Source: a virus (Duplodnaviria > Caudoviricetes). From it: DNA of 64,000 nucleotides. The position numbers were made by a program, and so were the translations under genes. Location: the IMG/VR virus record IMGVR_UViG_3300028048_000106, positions 28,188-92,187 of that record. One strand, 5' to 3'. The notes under the pieces were generated by a model. That model had not been told where the DNA came from. It was given only the letters and a program-made list of their open reading frames with translations, and searched no databases. Position 1 is the first letter of the stretch. Every line of letters begins with the position of its first letter. Below are positions 1 through 9,949 of the stretch, one piece after another.

Positions 1-242
1 CGATCTTGCTTGGCCAAAAAGTGCGTTTTGCATATGTCATCCCTTCAAATGAATATGGCATTGAGTGCATTGCATTCCATGATGGGCAGTGGCCAATTGA
101 GTTTGACAGCATATTCAAAGTTGACTATGATGTGATGTTTGACAAGATGGTCTTGTCACCATTGAAAGGGTTCTTAGAGGCGACAAAGTTCAAGAAAGTT
201 GACCCTAGGAAGCAAGTTGTGTTTGACATATTCGACTTATGA
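1..242 (+). CDS. Family B DNA polymerase, C-terminal end (T4 gp43-like), truncated by window edge
   Basis: GQKVRFAYV...IAF...IDYDVMFDKMVLSPL-type thumb/C-terminal pattern of T4-like polB. Confidence 0.75.
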   Translation, partial: ILLGQKVRFAYVIPSNEYGIECIAFHDGQWPIEFDSIFKVDYDVMFDKMVLSPLKGFLEATKFKKVDPRKQVVFDIFDL

Positions 243-547
243 GCACTAGTTTCGAGCATAGGCATCAAGTACGTGTAGCTCTCGCCACTAGAATAGCAAA
301 AGATGCTATGCATAACGCACTTAGCTATTGCTTGTTTGAAGAGTGGAAGAGCATTGATGCTTGGCTACGTGACCATATATTAGAAGCAGTGCGGCCATTC
401 ATTGAGTCAGGAGACATTGACAGTGTTAATGTTGTCCACCACTTTTCAGAGAAAGGCAAATGGAATTTTGAGCTGAAAGTCATTCCGACTCAAGTAGTCT
501 CATTCACATGCAGAATAGACATAGGAGAAGACAATGAGGATAATTGA
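239..547 (+). CDS. Hypothetical protein
   Basis: 102-aa ORF, ATGA overlap with the upstream gene. Confidence 0.65.
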   Translation: MSTSFEHRHQVRVALATRIAKDAMHNALSYCLFEEWKSIDAWLRDHILEAVRPFIESGDIDSVNVVHHFSEKGKWNFELKVIPTQVVSFTCRIDIGEDNEDN

Positions 548-1637
548 AGAAGAGCAGCTAGACTTTGATGATGTGCTGATACAGCCAAAGTGCTCTAAGA
601 TACTGTCTAGAAGCGAAGTCAACTTGATGCGTGAGTTCAAGTGGTATGACATTGACAACACTAAGAAGTTCACTATGACTTGCATCCCTTATGGCACAAC
701 TAACATGGGGACAGTTGGTGTCTGCAAAGTAGCTGAGAAGATGGTGAAGTTTGGGCACATTGCTTGTCTTGAAAAGCACATCCCTTATGAAGAGATTGAA
801 GCGCTTTTCTCAAGCTTGAGCGAAGATGAGGCTGCTCGTGTGATTCCAAGCATTGGCATAAAAGAAGACTGCGGCACAATAAAGAAGCTATATGACAAGT
901 TCCACCTCAAGATGGTGATGATTGATGTCCCTAATGGCTACATCCCAACACTGATCAATAGAGTGAAAGAGATTCATGAGCACTGTAAAGACACTTGCAT
1001 AATAGCAGGAAACATTGTTGATGCTGCCGGTGCTGCACAGTTGATGGATGCTGGAGTCAAAGTAGTCAAAAGTGGGATAGGGAATGGAAGCGTATGCCTC
1101 ACAAGGCTTAAGACTGGTGTTGGCCGTCCACAGTTGTCTACATTGCTCGAAGTTGCTGATGCGTGCCACCAACGTGGATGCTATGTCTTGTGTGATGGAG
1201 GAGTCAACTCTGCTGGTGATGTGTGCAAAGCATTTGGTGCTGGAGCAGACTTCGTCATCTCTGGATCTTTGTTTGCTGGATGTGATGAAGCTGAAGGCAG
1301 CACCATTGAGAAGCAGTACTTGCTTGATGAACTTGATGAAGATGGCACATCAATCATTGCAGTAAAGAAGTTCAAGCAGTACTATGGCATGAGCTCTCAC
1401 TTAGCGCAAGAGAAGCACTTTGGCGGTGTGAGGAAATACTCATCAAGTGAAGGAAGAGAGAAGTTGATACCTTATTCTGGACCACTTGAAGATGTCATTC
1501 AAGACATTGATGGTGGCCTTAAGTCTTGCTGTGCCTACATTGGCTGCACTAAGATGAAGAACTTCAGCCGCCACACGACATTCTACAAAGTCAGACGGCA
1601 GTTGAACATAAAGTTTGACAAATGCAAAGACATATGA
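534..1637 (+). CDS. guaC: GMP reductase (IMPDH/GMPR family)
   Basis: LDFDDVLIQPK, NMGTVG, GIGNGSVCLTR catalytic Cys loop, DGG, YYGMSS, SEG motifs; no CBS domain. Confidence 0.9.
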   Translation: MRIIEEEQLDFDDVLIQPKCSKILSRSEVNLMREFKWYDIDNTKKFTMTCIPYGTTNMGTVGVCKVAEKMVKFGHIACLEKHIPYEEIEALFSSLSEDEAARVIPSIGIKEDCGTIKKLYDKFHLKMVMIDVPNGYIPTLINRVKEIHEHCKDTCIIAGNIVDAAGAAQLMDAGVKVVKSGIGNGSVCLTRLKTGVGRPQLSTLLEVADACHQRGCYVLCDGGVNSAGDVCKAFGAGADFVISGSLFAGCDEAEGSTIEKQYLLDELDEDGTSIIAVKKFKQYYGMSSHLAQEKHFGGVRKYSSSEGREKLIPYSGPLEDVIQDIDGGLKSCCAYIGCTKMKNFSRHTTFYKVRRQLNIKFDKCKDI

Positions 1638-1849
1638 AAAGACAATTTGACATCTGCAGAGACTTTGACCCGTATAAGTGCTGGGACCTTGGCTGCATTG
1701 AAGTAGAAGACAGTCTTATCTATGATGAGAATGGTGAAATAGTTGATGAAGAGCTGTTCTGTGGAGGTGACTTCACAGATCTAGAAAAGTGCCCATTGAA
1801 AAGGCACATAGAAGGCCTTGACATAGATGATGTGCAAACATCTAAGTAA
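1634..1849 (+). CDS. Small acidic Cys-containing hypothetical protein
   Basis: ATGA overlap with guaC stop; 71 aa. Confidence 0.55.
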   Translation: MKRQFDICRDFDPYKCWDLGCIEVEDSLIYDENGEIVDEELFCGGDFTDLEKCPLKRHIEGLDIDDVQTSK

Positions 1850-1860
1850 GTATTGCTGCT

Positions 1861-2052
1861 ATGGACTAGAATGAAACAATGATTTAGAAAGTACTGTCTA
1901 AGATTGAAGAAGTTGAAGACTTGCTCAATGATATACTTCCAAAGACAGACAAGAAGCACAAAGAAGAGATTCTTGATATCTGCAGTCTTGTAAGAATAAG
2001 AGCTGAACAATACATGAATGAGTACGGAGTAAATGAAGGAGTAGAGATATGA
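1861..2052 (+). CDS. Hypothetical protein (TAG-recoded)
   Basis: ATG GAC TAG AAT...; two in-frame TAG; ends TGA overlapping next ATG (ATGA). Confidence 0.55.
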
Positions 2053-3122
2053 GAGTGGTAGAGCCATTTGAGTCACTTTATGGATGCAGAGATGCCATCT
2101 TCTTGGCAGGCCATTGTCCAAGAGAAGACTTCAATGAAGATTGGCGTCTTGACGCGTTTGACATGTTGAAGCGCATTGGCTTTGATGGGACAGTGCTAAG
2201 CCCTACAAACCCAAAGTACATGGATTTGATTGACGCTCAAGGCATGGCACCAGACGCAGCAAGAGAGAAGCAAGTTGCATGGGAACGAGCAGCGATGCAC
2301 GTTGCATCAGCTATTGTCTTTTGGGTTCCACGCAGCAAGAAGTTTCCAGCTTTGACAACAAACTATGAGTTTGGAGAGTGGTACAAGAAGCCGCATGTCT
2401 TTGTTGGCTGGCCAGAAGAAGCAGAGCACTGTGACTACATGAGATGCAAGCTCAAAGAGCAAGGGAAGACTTACTGCAAGACTCTTGAAGAGACATTGAG
2501 ATCAGCAGTAGATGCATTGAAAGAGAGCAAAGGGCCTTGGTTCACTTCTGACACACACTTCTGCCAGCAACGGACACTCGAATTGTCTCGTCGTCCATTT
2601 GTTGATGTCACAGCAATGGACTATGAGATGGTGTCTAACTGGAACAAGAGAGTGACTATGCAAGATGAAGTCATCCATGCAGGAGACTTCATAGATCCAG
2701 ACAAGGCTGCGGCAATACTCAAGCAGATGCTGAGCATCTTGAACTTCAAGAAGATGCATTGGGTCCTTGGAAACTATGACAGGAAGATAAAAGACTTGAT
2801 AGTCCAGTATGCTGCTGAAAGTGGAAGAGACATTGCTGTCTATGACTCCAACTACAAGTTTTCAACAGACAAGCACTCTTATGTTGTTGTCCATGAGCCA
2901 AATGACTTTGAGATAGATGCTTCTCCGGATGACATCATCCTCTATGGCCACATACATGGCCGCTCTTTTGCAAAGAAGAATGGCTTTGACCTTGGAATTG
3001 ACTACCACCAATACTCTCCAATCAGCATTGAGCAAGTTGAGTGGTTTGCAAATGCGATGAAGTATTGGGACAAGAATGTCTACTCAGATGCTTGCAGCAT
3101 AAGCTAGACAGACAGCATTTGA
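2049..3122 (+). CDS. Nucleoside 2-deoxyribosyltransferase-like domain fused to calcineurin-like metallophosphoesterase
   Basis: N-term IFLAG...W...WE...IVFW...TTNYEFG; C-term SDTHF, GDF, GNYD, HEP, GHIH; TAG at 3105 read through to TGA 3122, which overlaps the next ATG. Confidence 0.75.
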
Positions 3123-4837
3123 TGCACAAGAAAGCTAGACAAGACATGGATGAGACAAATAAAGAGATAGACATTGATGAGATTGCAGAAAAGTATGAAG
3201 AGCAGAGCTTCTTCAAGCGCTTGAAGACTATGTTCAGTGGGCTCAAGTGCTCAAAGTACTCTAGAGAGTACAAGCTTGCGCGGATTGAGCTGCAGCGACT
3301 CGCTGCTCCACTAGTTGCAGTAGTTGTGCCAACTTTGGTTGTTATAGTTCTCTGTGTCGTGACTATGGTATCTACGCAGCTGCTCCCAAAGATACCACTA
3401 GTGGACATTCCGGTGCCAGAGGATGATAAGGTGGACATTGTGGAGACGCCAGAAGAGCCTATTCCACCAGATGACCCAGAGCCAGTTGTCATTGATATTG
3501 TAGTGGATGCTCCACCTTCTCCAACAGTTGAGCAGCCAACTGTTACTCCTCAGCCTTCAAATCCATCACAGGTCTTGACAACAAAGCCAGCAGCCGTTGA
3601 TGCAGTTGCAAATGTCAAGTCACCTGTTATGATGAAGAGCCTTAGAACATCTCGTACTCCAGGCCAGATAGGTGGTTTGACTAGAGGTGGTCCAAATGGA
3701 GGAGATCCAACAACTGAAGCTACTGTCTTGAAGGTGTTGTGGTGGCTCAAAGACCAGCAGAACACTGATGGCAGTTGGGGCAAGGCAAATAGTGTTGCAA
3801 ACACTTCACTTGCTGTGCTAACGTATCTTGCACATGGTGAGTATCCAGGCTCTGAGTCGCCATATAGAAAAGACTTTGGACCAGTTGTGCAGCTAGCAAT
3901 AGACTATCTCATCTCTCATCTCAGGACTGATGTGCAGCCATGCAGATTTGATCCAACAGACAGCAATGAGTATAGCTTCTTGCTAGGAGCATATGCACTC
4001 AGCGAAGCATATGGAATGACCCAGAACCCAAACTGCAAAGATGCTGCTCTGCAATGCTTGTACAGGATTGTTGAGAACCAATCTTCTACTGGTGGATGGG
4101 ACTACAAGCTCAACAAGAACTCGACTCGTGATGACTTGTCATATGCTGGCTGGGCAATACAAGCTCTCAAAGCTGGAAAGATGGCCGGACTTCATCCAGA
4201 AGGCTTGCAGACTGCCATCAACAAGGCAATCAACTGCCTCAAGAAGCGCAGCTACTCGAAGTCTAGTGGCTTCACATACACTCCAACTTCTGGCAACAGT
4301 GGTGGCGCAACTGGCCTTGCGGGAGTTGGCACACTTGCAATGCAGCTTCTTGGAAGAGGCGGTGAGCAAGAAGTGCAGAATGCACTTGATGTCATGAGAG
4401 ACTGGACGCCATCATTTGACCCTGACAAGCTTTCTGCCAAGAAGCCTGGCAATAGCCCACAGTACTACTGCTACTATGCAACGCAGTGCAAGTACCAGGC
4501 AGGCATGAAGGCAGGAGCGCTAAAGAATGACGAGGTGACTTGGCAGCAGTGGAACTTAGCAATGAAGAAACTGTACACTGCGTCCATCATCGACTTGCCT
4601 GAACGAGTCCTTGACTGGGCAGGAAAAGAGCACAAGCAAGGATACTTTGAGAACAAAGATGCGCATTCTACTCGTCCTTACATGGACACATGCTTGGCAG
4701 CGCTGCAGTTGATGGTCTACTACCGCTACCTGCCAACGACTTCAGTCAAAGCTGGAGCAGAAGATCCTCAAGATGGAAAAGATGAGCAGAATGCGGTAGA
4801 CAGCAAGAATGATGTTGATGTGAAAGTTGACATCTGA
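3122..4837 (+). CDS. Membrane-anchored prenyltransferase/squalene-oxidase repeat (alpha/alpha barrel) protein
   Basis: Hydrophobic helix (LVAVVVPTLVVIVLCVV), Pro-rich linker, WLKDQQNTDGSW, QSSTGGWDY, GFTY QW-type repeats; start may be 3122 or 3147. Confidence 0.75.
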   Translation: MHKKARQDMDETNKEIDIDEIAEKYEEQSFFKRLKTMFSGLKCSKYSREYKLARIELQRLAAPLVAVVVPTLVVIVLCVVTMVSTQLLPKIPLVDIPVPEDDKVDIVETPEEPIPPDDPEPVVIDIVVDAPPSPTVEQPTVTPQPSNPSQVLTTKPAAVDAVANVKSPVMMKSLRTSRTPGQIGGLTRGGPNGGDPTTEATVLKVLWWLKDQQNTDGSWGKANSVANTSLAVLTYLAHGEYPGSESPYRKDFGPVVQLAIDYLISHLRTDVQPCRFDPTDSNEYSFLLGAYALSEAYGMTQNPNCKDAALQCLYRIVENQSSTGGWDYKLNKNSTRDDLSYAGWAIQALKAGKMAGLHPEGLQTAINKAINCLKKRSYSKSSGFTYTPTSGNSGGATGLAGVGTLAMQLLGRGGEQEVQNALDVMRDWTPSFDPDKLSAKKPGNSPQYYCYYATQCKYQAGMKAGALKNDEVTWQQWNLAMKKLYTASIIDLPERVLDWAGKEHKQGYFENKDAHSTRPYMDTCLAALQLMVYYRYLPTTSVKAGAEDPQDGKDEQNAVDSKNDVDVKVDI

Positions 4838-4950
4838 CATCTAGCATTGAAGTCTTCCAATCAACAGTAGAATGCCAATAGACTCAAAAGTCTTTGTTTA
4901 GTCTATTGTGCGTTTGCCATATAATAGATATGCTGTAAAACTACAATGAG

Positions 4951-4957
4951 GTAAATA
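4951..4957 (+). promoter_or_regulatory. GTAAATA late-promoter-like motif (representative copy)
   Basis: Same heptamer upstream of genes at 8155, 9910, 14241, 16281, 19609, 27487, 30205, 35346, 35397, 42924, 51846 (+) and 27359, 27393, 29062, 29893, 42768 (-); resembles T4 TATAAATA; gp55 homologue in window. Confidence 0.75.
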
Positions 4958-4966
4958 TAGTCTACT

Positions 4967-6268
4967 ATGGCAAATCTCAATGAATCATATGACCCTAAGT
5001 ATCTTGTCTGTGTGACATCTAGCAACAACAACAAGTTCTATAGGATGCTTCCTGATCCTGACCAGCAAGGCTTCAGTGTTGAGTATGGACGAATTGGAGC
5101 CCCATCTTTCCGCACTGACCACTACCCAATAGACATGTATTGGCGCAAGTATGATGAGAAGTTGAAGAAAGGGTATGTTGACCAGACAAACTTAGTGAAG
5201 GCAGCAGTTGCTGCAACTTCAGGAGAAGATGGATTCAAGGCGATTGCAGACAAGAGTGTGAATGAGCTTGTAAAAGCACTTAGGAAGTATGCAAGTGACA
5301 CAATCAAGCAGAACTACACAATATCGCAGAGTGCTGTCACACAAGAGATGCTTGACACAGCAAAAGAGCTCATTGACAAGTTGAATTCAATTGCAGATGG
5401 CTTGACTAAGGGGCAGTCAGCATATCAATTCAATGATGTGCTGATCAAGCTTTTCAAGACAATCCCTCGTAAGATGAACAAAGTCAATGACTATCTCCTG
5501 CAGAGCAGCAATGCTAAAGATGCAGAAAAAGTCATTGACAGAGAGCAGAAGCTCTATGATGTGCTGTTGGCAAACTTCCAGACACAGCAGGCCACTGCAG
5601 CAAAAGACGCAGACAGCAATAAGCAGTCAGGTGCTGGTCCAACAGAGACAATTCTTGAGAAGTTTGGCCTAGAGTGTGAACTAGTAGATGACCAAGCAAA
5701 GATCAACGAGATAAAGAGGCATCTTGGCCAAGTTGCATCAAAGTTCAAGAGAGCATTTGTTGTTGTCAACAAGAAGACTCAAGATGCATATTCAGCATTC
5801 ATGGCTGCTAATCCAAAGTGCAAGACTAAGCTCTTTTTCCATGGATCAAGGAATGAGAACTTCTGGAGCATCTTGAAGAATGGCTTGCAGTTGAACCCTA
5901 AAGCATCAATAACTGGAAAGCTCTTAGGCAATGGAATATACTTTGCTGAAAAAGCAGCAAAGTCAGTGAACTACACATCACTACGAGGGTCTTATTGGTC
6001 AAATGGCACATCAAGTGTTGGTTTCATGGCAGTCTTTGCAGTTGCATGTGACACAGCAAATGCATTCAACGTGTGGACCAACTCTGACATGAACAAGTGC
6101 TATGGCATGACTTGGGACAAGCTCCAGAAACTTCAGCCTGGCGCAACACATGTATATGCTCATAAGCAGTCGGCATCTCATCCTGGCTCATGGCTGAGAG
6201 AAGATGAGTTCTGTGTGTATCGTGAAGACCAATGCACAATTAGGTATCTCGTTGAGCTGGCTGTGTAA
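4967..6268 (+). CDS. PARP-type ADP-ribosyltransferase (WGR + regulatory + catalytic domains)
   Basis: NNNKFY...EYGRIG (WGR-like), IPR helical domain, FHGSRNEN, GNGIYFA..A.KS.NY, LREDEFCVY..Q..IRYLVE (H-Y-E triad). Confidence 0.9.
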   Translation: MANLNESYDPKYLVCVTSSNNNKFYRMLPDPDQQGFSVEYGRIGAPSFRTDHYPIDMYWRKYDEKLKKGYVDQTNLVKAAVAATSGEDGFKAIADKSVNELVKALRKYASDTIKQNYTISQSAVTQEMLDTAKELIDKLNSIADGLTKGQSAYQFNDVLIKLFKTIPRKMNKVNDYLLQSSNAKDAEKVIDREQKLYDVLLANFQTQQATAAKDADSNKQSGAGPTETILEKFGLECELVDDQAKINEIKRHLGQVASKFKRAFVVVNKKTQDAYSAFMAANPKCKTKLFFHGSRNENFWSILKNGLQLNPKASITGKLLGNGIYFAEKAAKSVNYTSLRGSYWSNGTSSVGFMAVFAVACDTANAFNVWTNSDMNKCYGMTWDKLQKLQPGATHVYAHKQSASHPGSWLREDEFCVYREDQCTIRYLVELAV

Positions 6269-6300
6269 AATATAACTTGAATATGCATAGGTGAGAAACA

Positions 6301-8130
6301 ATGGCACTGAATTGGAATCCTTTTAGAAGACGGACATCTGACTAGACAAGCTAGAACATCTAGAACAACCCTAACTACTAGACATTTGCCTAGGTGAACT
6401 AGGACATTCAAGCAATTGTCAATGCAAAGTCAGTTGTGTCAACTGCAGCAAAAGACTAGAACAGAAGATTTGCAAACCCTTCTTGGCAGACATTCTTTGA
6501 TGGTGAGATACTTGCACTTCCTCTAGCAACAAACAAGTCTGAGCGGATTGACTAGTATAGACGCATCTCAAAGTACAACATCTGTGATTGGTGCTTTGAT
6601 GAGATTGCAGATGACTTCATACATGAAGATGAGAATGGTGACATAGTGAAGCTGTCTGTCCCTGACAGACTGTCAACAATGCAGAAAGACATTCTGCAGA
6701 ATGAGTTCAACAAGTTCATGAACTTGTTCAAGATAAAAGAAGACGGCTACAACTTGATAAAGCGCTTCTTGACTGAAGGAGAGCTTGCGTGGGAGAATGT
6801 CATCAGTCCAGCCCACCCAGAGATGGGCATAATTGGAGTGAAGTTCTTGCCGGCTGAGTACTATGAGACATTGATTGACACATCAACAGCTCGACCTGTT
6901 GGCATTGTCTTTGATGTTGGGTCATTTGCTGATGAGACACGGCAGATGTACAGGAACTCTTTTCAAGGAGCAGCATCTATATTCAATGCGGTGTATCCAA
7001 CACAGTACAAGTTCACTTTCTCAAAAGACACATGCATACCACTGCTGTACAGCCAGATAACATACATAAACTCAGGTGAGTACTCACATGACTTCTTGAT
7101 AACTTATCCATTGATTGAGAAGGCAAAGCAAGCATACTACAAGCTAGCATTGCTTGAAGATGCTGCTGTGACTCTACGTGTGACTCGTGCTCCTGAAAGA
7201 CTGCTGTTCAATGTGTCTACTGGAAGACTTGACTAGAATAGAGCAGATGAGTATGTCAGACGGTTTGCAAACAGCTTGCACTCAAAGAAAGTTGCTGCAA
7301 ATGGTGGGCAAGACATTGTCAGCACATATTCACCAATCACAATGTTGAAGTCATATATCTTTGGCAAGTCATCTGACTCAGAAGGGACAACTGTAGAGTC
7401 TGTTGGCTCATCAGCTGACTATGACTAGCTTGCTGACATTGAGTACTTCTTGAGAGCATTCTTGAAGATGTTCAAGGTGCCATTCTCTCGCTACAAGACA
7501 CCAGAGAACACAATTGAGAAGAATGATGCTATACCATATGAAGAGTACTCATTCAGCCGTATGATAATGCGCTTCTAGAGAAGATTTGCAGAAGGCTTCA
7601 AACGCGGATTCATAACACACTTGAAGCTTCGTGGACTTTGGGACAAGAAAGACTATGGACTAAAAGACTCTGACCTGCAAGTCAACTTCACTGCACCTGT
7701 CCTCTATGACTTGTATGAGAAGTAGAAGTTGACAGAGGCAAAGATGGCAATCTACAAAGCTTTCACTGACAATGATGAGATGTCTAAGTCACTGTGCATG
7801 AAGAAGTACTTAGGCTGGTCAGATGAAGAGATAAAAGAGAACTACATGTCATTGATACTTGACAAGCAGTGGACTGCTGTTGCTGACATGATGAGCGAGC
7901 GCATATCAGATGAGAACCCACCCGTTGACATAGAGTCTCCTATGAAGTTGAAGAATGACGTTGACAAGCTAGAGAAGAGCATAGGAGGCTAGGACAATGC
8001 CAATAGCGAAGAGCCATCTAGTGGAGAAGCAGAAGGTGGAGAAGAGGCAGAGTCAAGTGAAGAGCCATCTAGTGAAGAGAAAGAAGAGCCAGCAAAAGAG
8101 GCTGAGACTCCAACGTTTGGCCTTGGCTAA
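6301..8130 (+). CDS. Portal protein (T4 gp20-like), TAG-recoded
   Basis: One frame with only TAG interruptions; YRRI...FDEIADD, LLEDAAVTLRVTRAPERLLFNVSTGRL, DIEYF...FKVPFSR motifs. Confidence 0.9.
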
Positions 8131-8169
8131 GAGCCTTAAGTGGCATTCTGCCAAGTAAATAGAAATGCA

Positions 8170-8406
8170 ATGACGCCTTATCAATATCAATACTATAGTT
8201 TTCTTGAAAATGCACGCAAACGTGCATTATATCAACATAGTCTTGCAATGAATGCATTGACAGCAATACGTAGAGCTGTAAATGCTGGAATAGATCCACG
8301 GACAGATCCAGATCTACATGGCTATTGGATATTGATAAGTGAAGATGACAGACAGCGGTTTATATCTGAGCTTGATGGCACTGTGTTTGTCACTGAAGGT
8401 GACTGA
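8170..8406 (+). CDS. Hypothetical protein
   Basis: ORF 8 nt downstream of a GTAAATA motif. Confidence 0.55.
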   Translation: MTPYQYQYYSFLENARKRALYQHSLAMNALTAIRRAVNAGIDPRTDPDLHGYWILISEDDRQRFISELDGTVFVTEGD

Positions 8407-8420
8407 AGACTAGCAGAGCA

Positions 8421-9086
8421 TCATTCACTTTTGCTTTGGCTGTCTAGTATCTTAGTTATCTAGTCTACACTCCAGTTTTTCTTTGATGTCTCAATTGCAT
8501 CAGCATCTATGCTTTTAGGGCCTTCTTTTGCCAACATCAACTCTTTCTACAAGTCAGCTTTGTACCGTAGAAGCTCTTTCTTCTACTCTTTGTCAAATAT
8601 TGCAAACTTGACTTTGTCTACAAAGTTCTACTTGTCACGATAGACTCCTATGAACTCAGCTATGCTTATGTGGATGCTCTCTACAAGCTTGCTGTATGCC
8701 TAGACTGCTTCAGAGTCTATCAAGGGTGTTGCCAGAATGCTTGAATGGACGTGCCTTATGACATCTTTAGACAAGTCAATGATATCTTCTAGCTCCTTTA
8801 GAGAATGGTCCATTGACACCATCTGCACAGACAGCTCTGACATAGGCATAGACATGCACGTTGGCATAGCTGATATCTCAGCCATCTTGTCATGCATGTC
8901 TTGCTCTATAGATGACAACTAGTCAATTGCTGACAATGCAGCATCTTTAGTTGGCACTGCGCTACTGAGAGAAAGACTGTCTAGAAAAGTGTCAATGTCT
9001 TGTCCACCAGTTATCCCAAACACAGCATCAAGCTTCTCTTGCTGTGTTGCAATGTGTGGAGTGCTCTATCTACTGTTGTCAGTCAT
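8421..9086 (-). CDS. Helical hypothetical protein, possibly small terminase (gp16-like), TAG-recoded
   Basis: Open from ATG 9086 to TGA 8421 with only TAGs; coiled-coil pattern; gp16 similarity is weak. Confidence 0.45.
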
Positions 9087-9717
9087 TCTATGATCCACTC
9101 ATTGAGTCATCAGAGCCAATGTACTGCCTAATGTAGTTGTTCAAGCTTGACTTAGGGTCAATCCCTTGATATGTCTCAAGCTCTGACAACAGCTGCTTCA
9201 TGACTTCTTTTCTTATGTTCTACTGCTTGTAGTGCTTTGTTATAGTTGATATGTATGCATTCCAAGCACATGTACTGAAGTATGCAAATGGATTGTTGAA
9301 CTCAAAGTTGTAGTTCTTGAGGCCTTTTATTGCTTTCACAAAGAAGAACCCCTTTGCATCTTCTTTCAACTCTTTAGAGTAGTTTCTGAACTCACTTCGA
9401 TTGAGCATCTTGTCAGCAATTGCCATAAGCATCCTGCCAAGCTCTTCTGACAGGATGCGGTCTTCTACTTTCTTAGCTGAGTCACGCCACTTGACTAACT
9501 CTGCATGTAGTTCAGCTGATGTGCAGTAGAACCTCTCTTTGTTCTTTGGCTCAAGCTCTCCTGCTGCAGCTTTCTTAGCTTGTCTTTCTCTCTATATCTT
9601 CAGCTTTATGGCTTGTTTTTCAGCAAGTGTCAACTTCTTTGGCTGTTCTTTTTTCTACTTCTACTATTGCTTCTAAGTCTTCTTTGTAGACACATCAATA
9701 GTCTACTGCTTCATCAT
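9079..9717 (-). CDS. Late-transcription sigma factor (T4 gp55-like), TAG-recoded
   Basis: SEELGRMLMAIADKMLNRSEFRNY...NNPFAYFSTCAWNAY; 5 TAG in first 21 codons. Confidence 0.85.
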
Positions 9718-9815
9718 TGCACACATATATTGTCTTTCTTTGATTTAAAGGTATAAAGGTATATACTTATATAGAGATATTGTACACCGCTTTTGGCTAT
9801 CTCTAGATTTTTTTT

Positions 9816-9853
9816 GTGAACTAGTCACACCCTAAAGGACGTGATGTTTTTTG
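9816..9853 (-). mobile_element. 38-nt fused IS200/IS605 left/right end (non-autonomous mini element)
   Basis: CAAAAAACATCACGTCCTTTAGGGTGTGACTAGTTCAC; 5' part matches left end and 3' part matches right end of the TnpB element at 41439-42859. Confidence 0.7.
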
Positions 9854-9949
9854 CCTAAGTGAACTCTATACTTAGCTAAAGACTGAGCATCTTTCTTGCT
9901 TGCCTAAAAGTAAATAAACGCTGTTAACAACTTATTTAGCATAAACACT

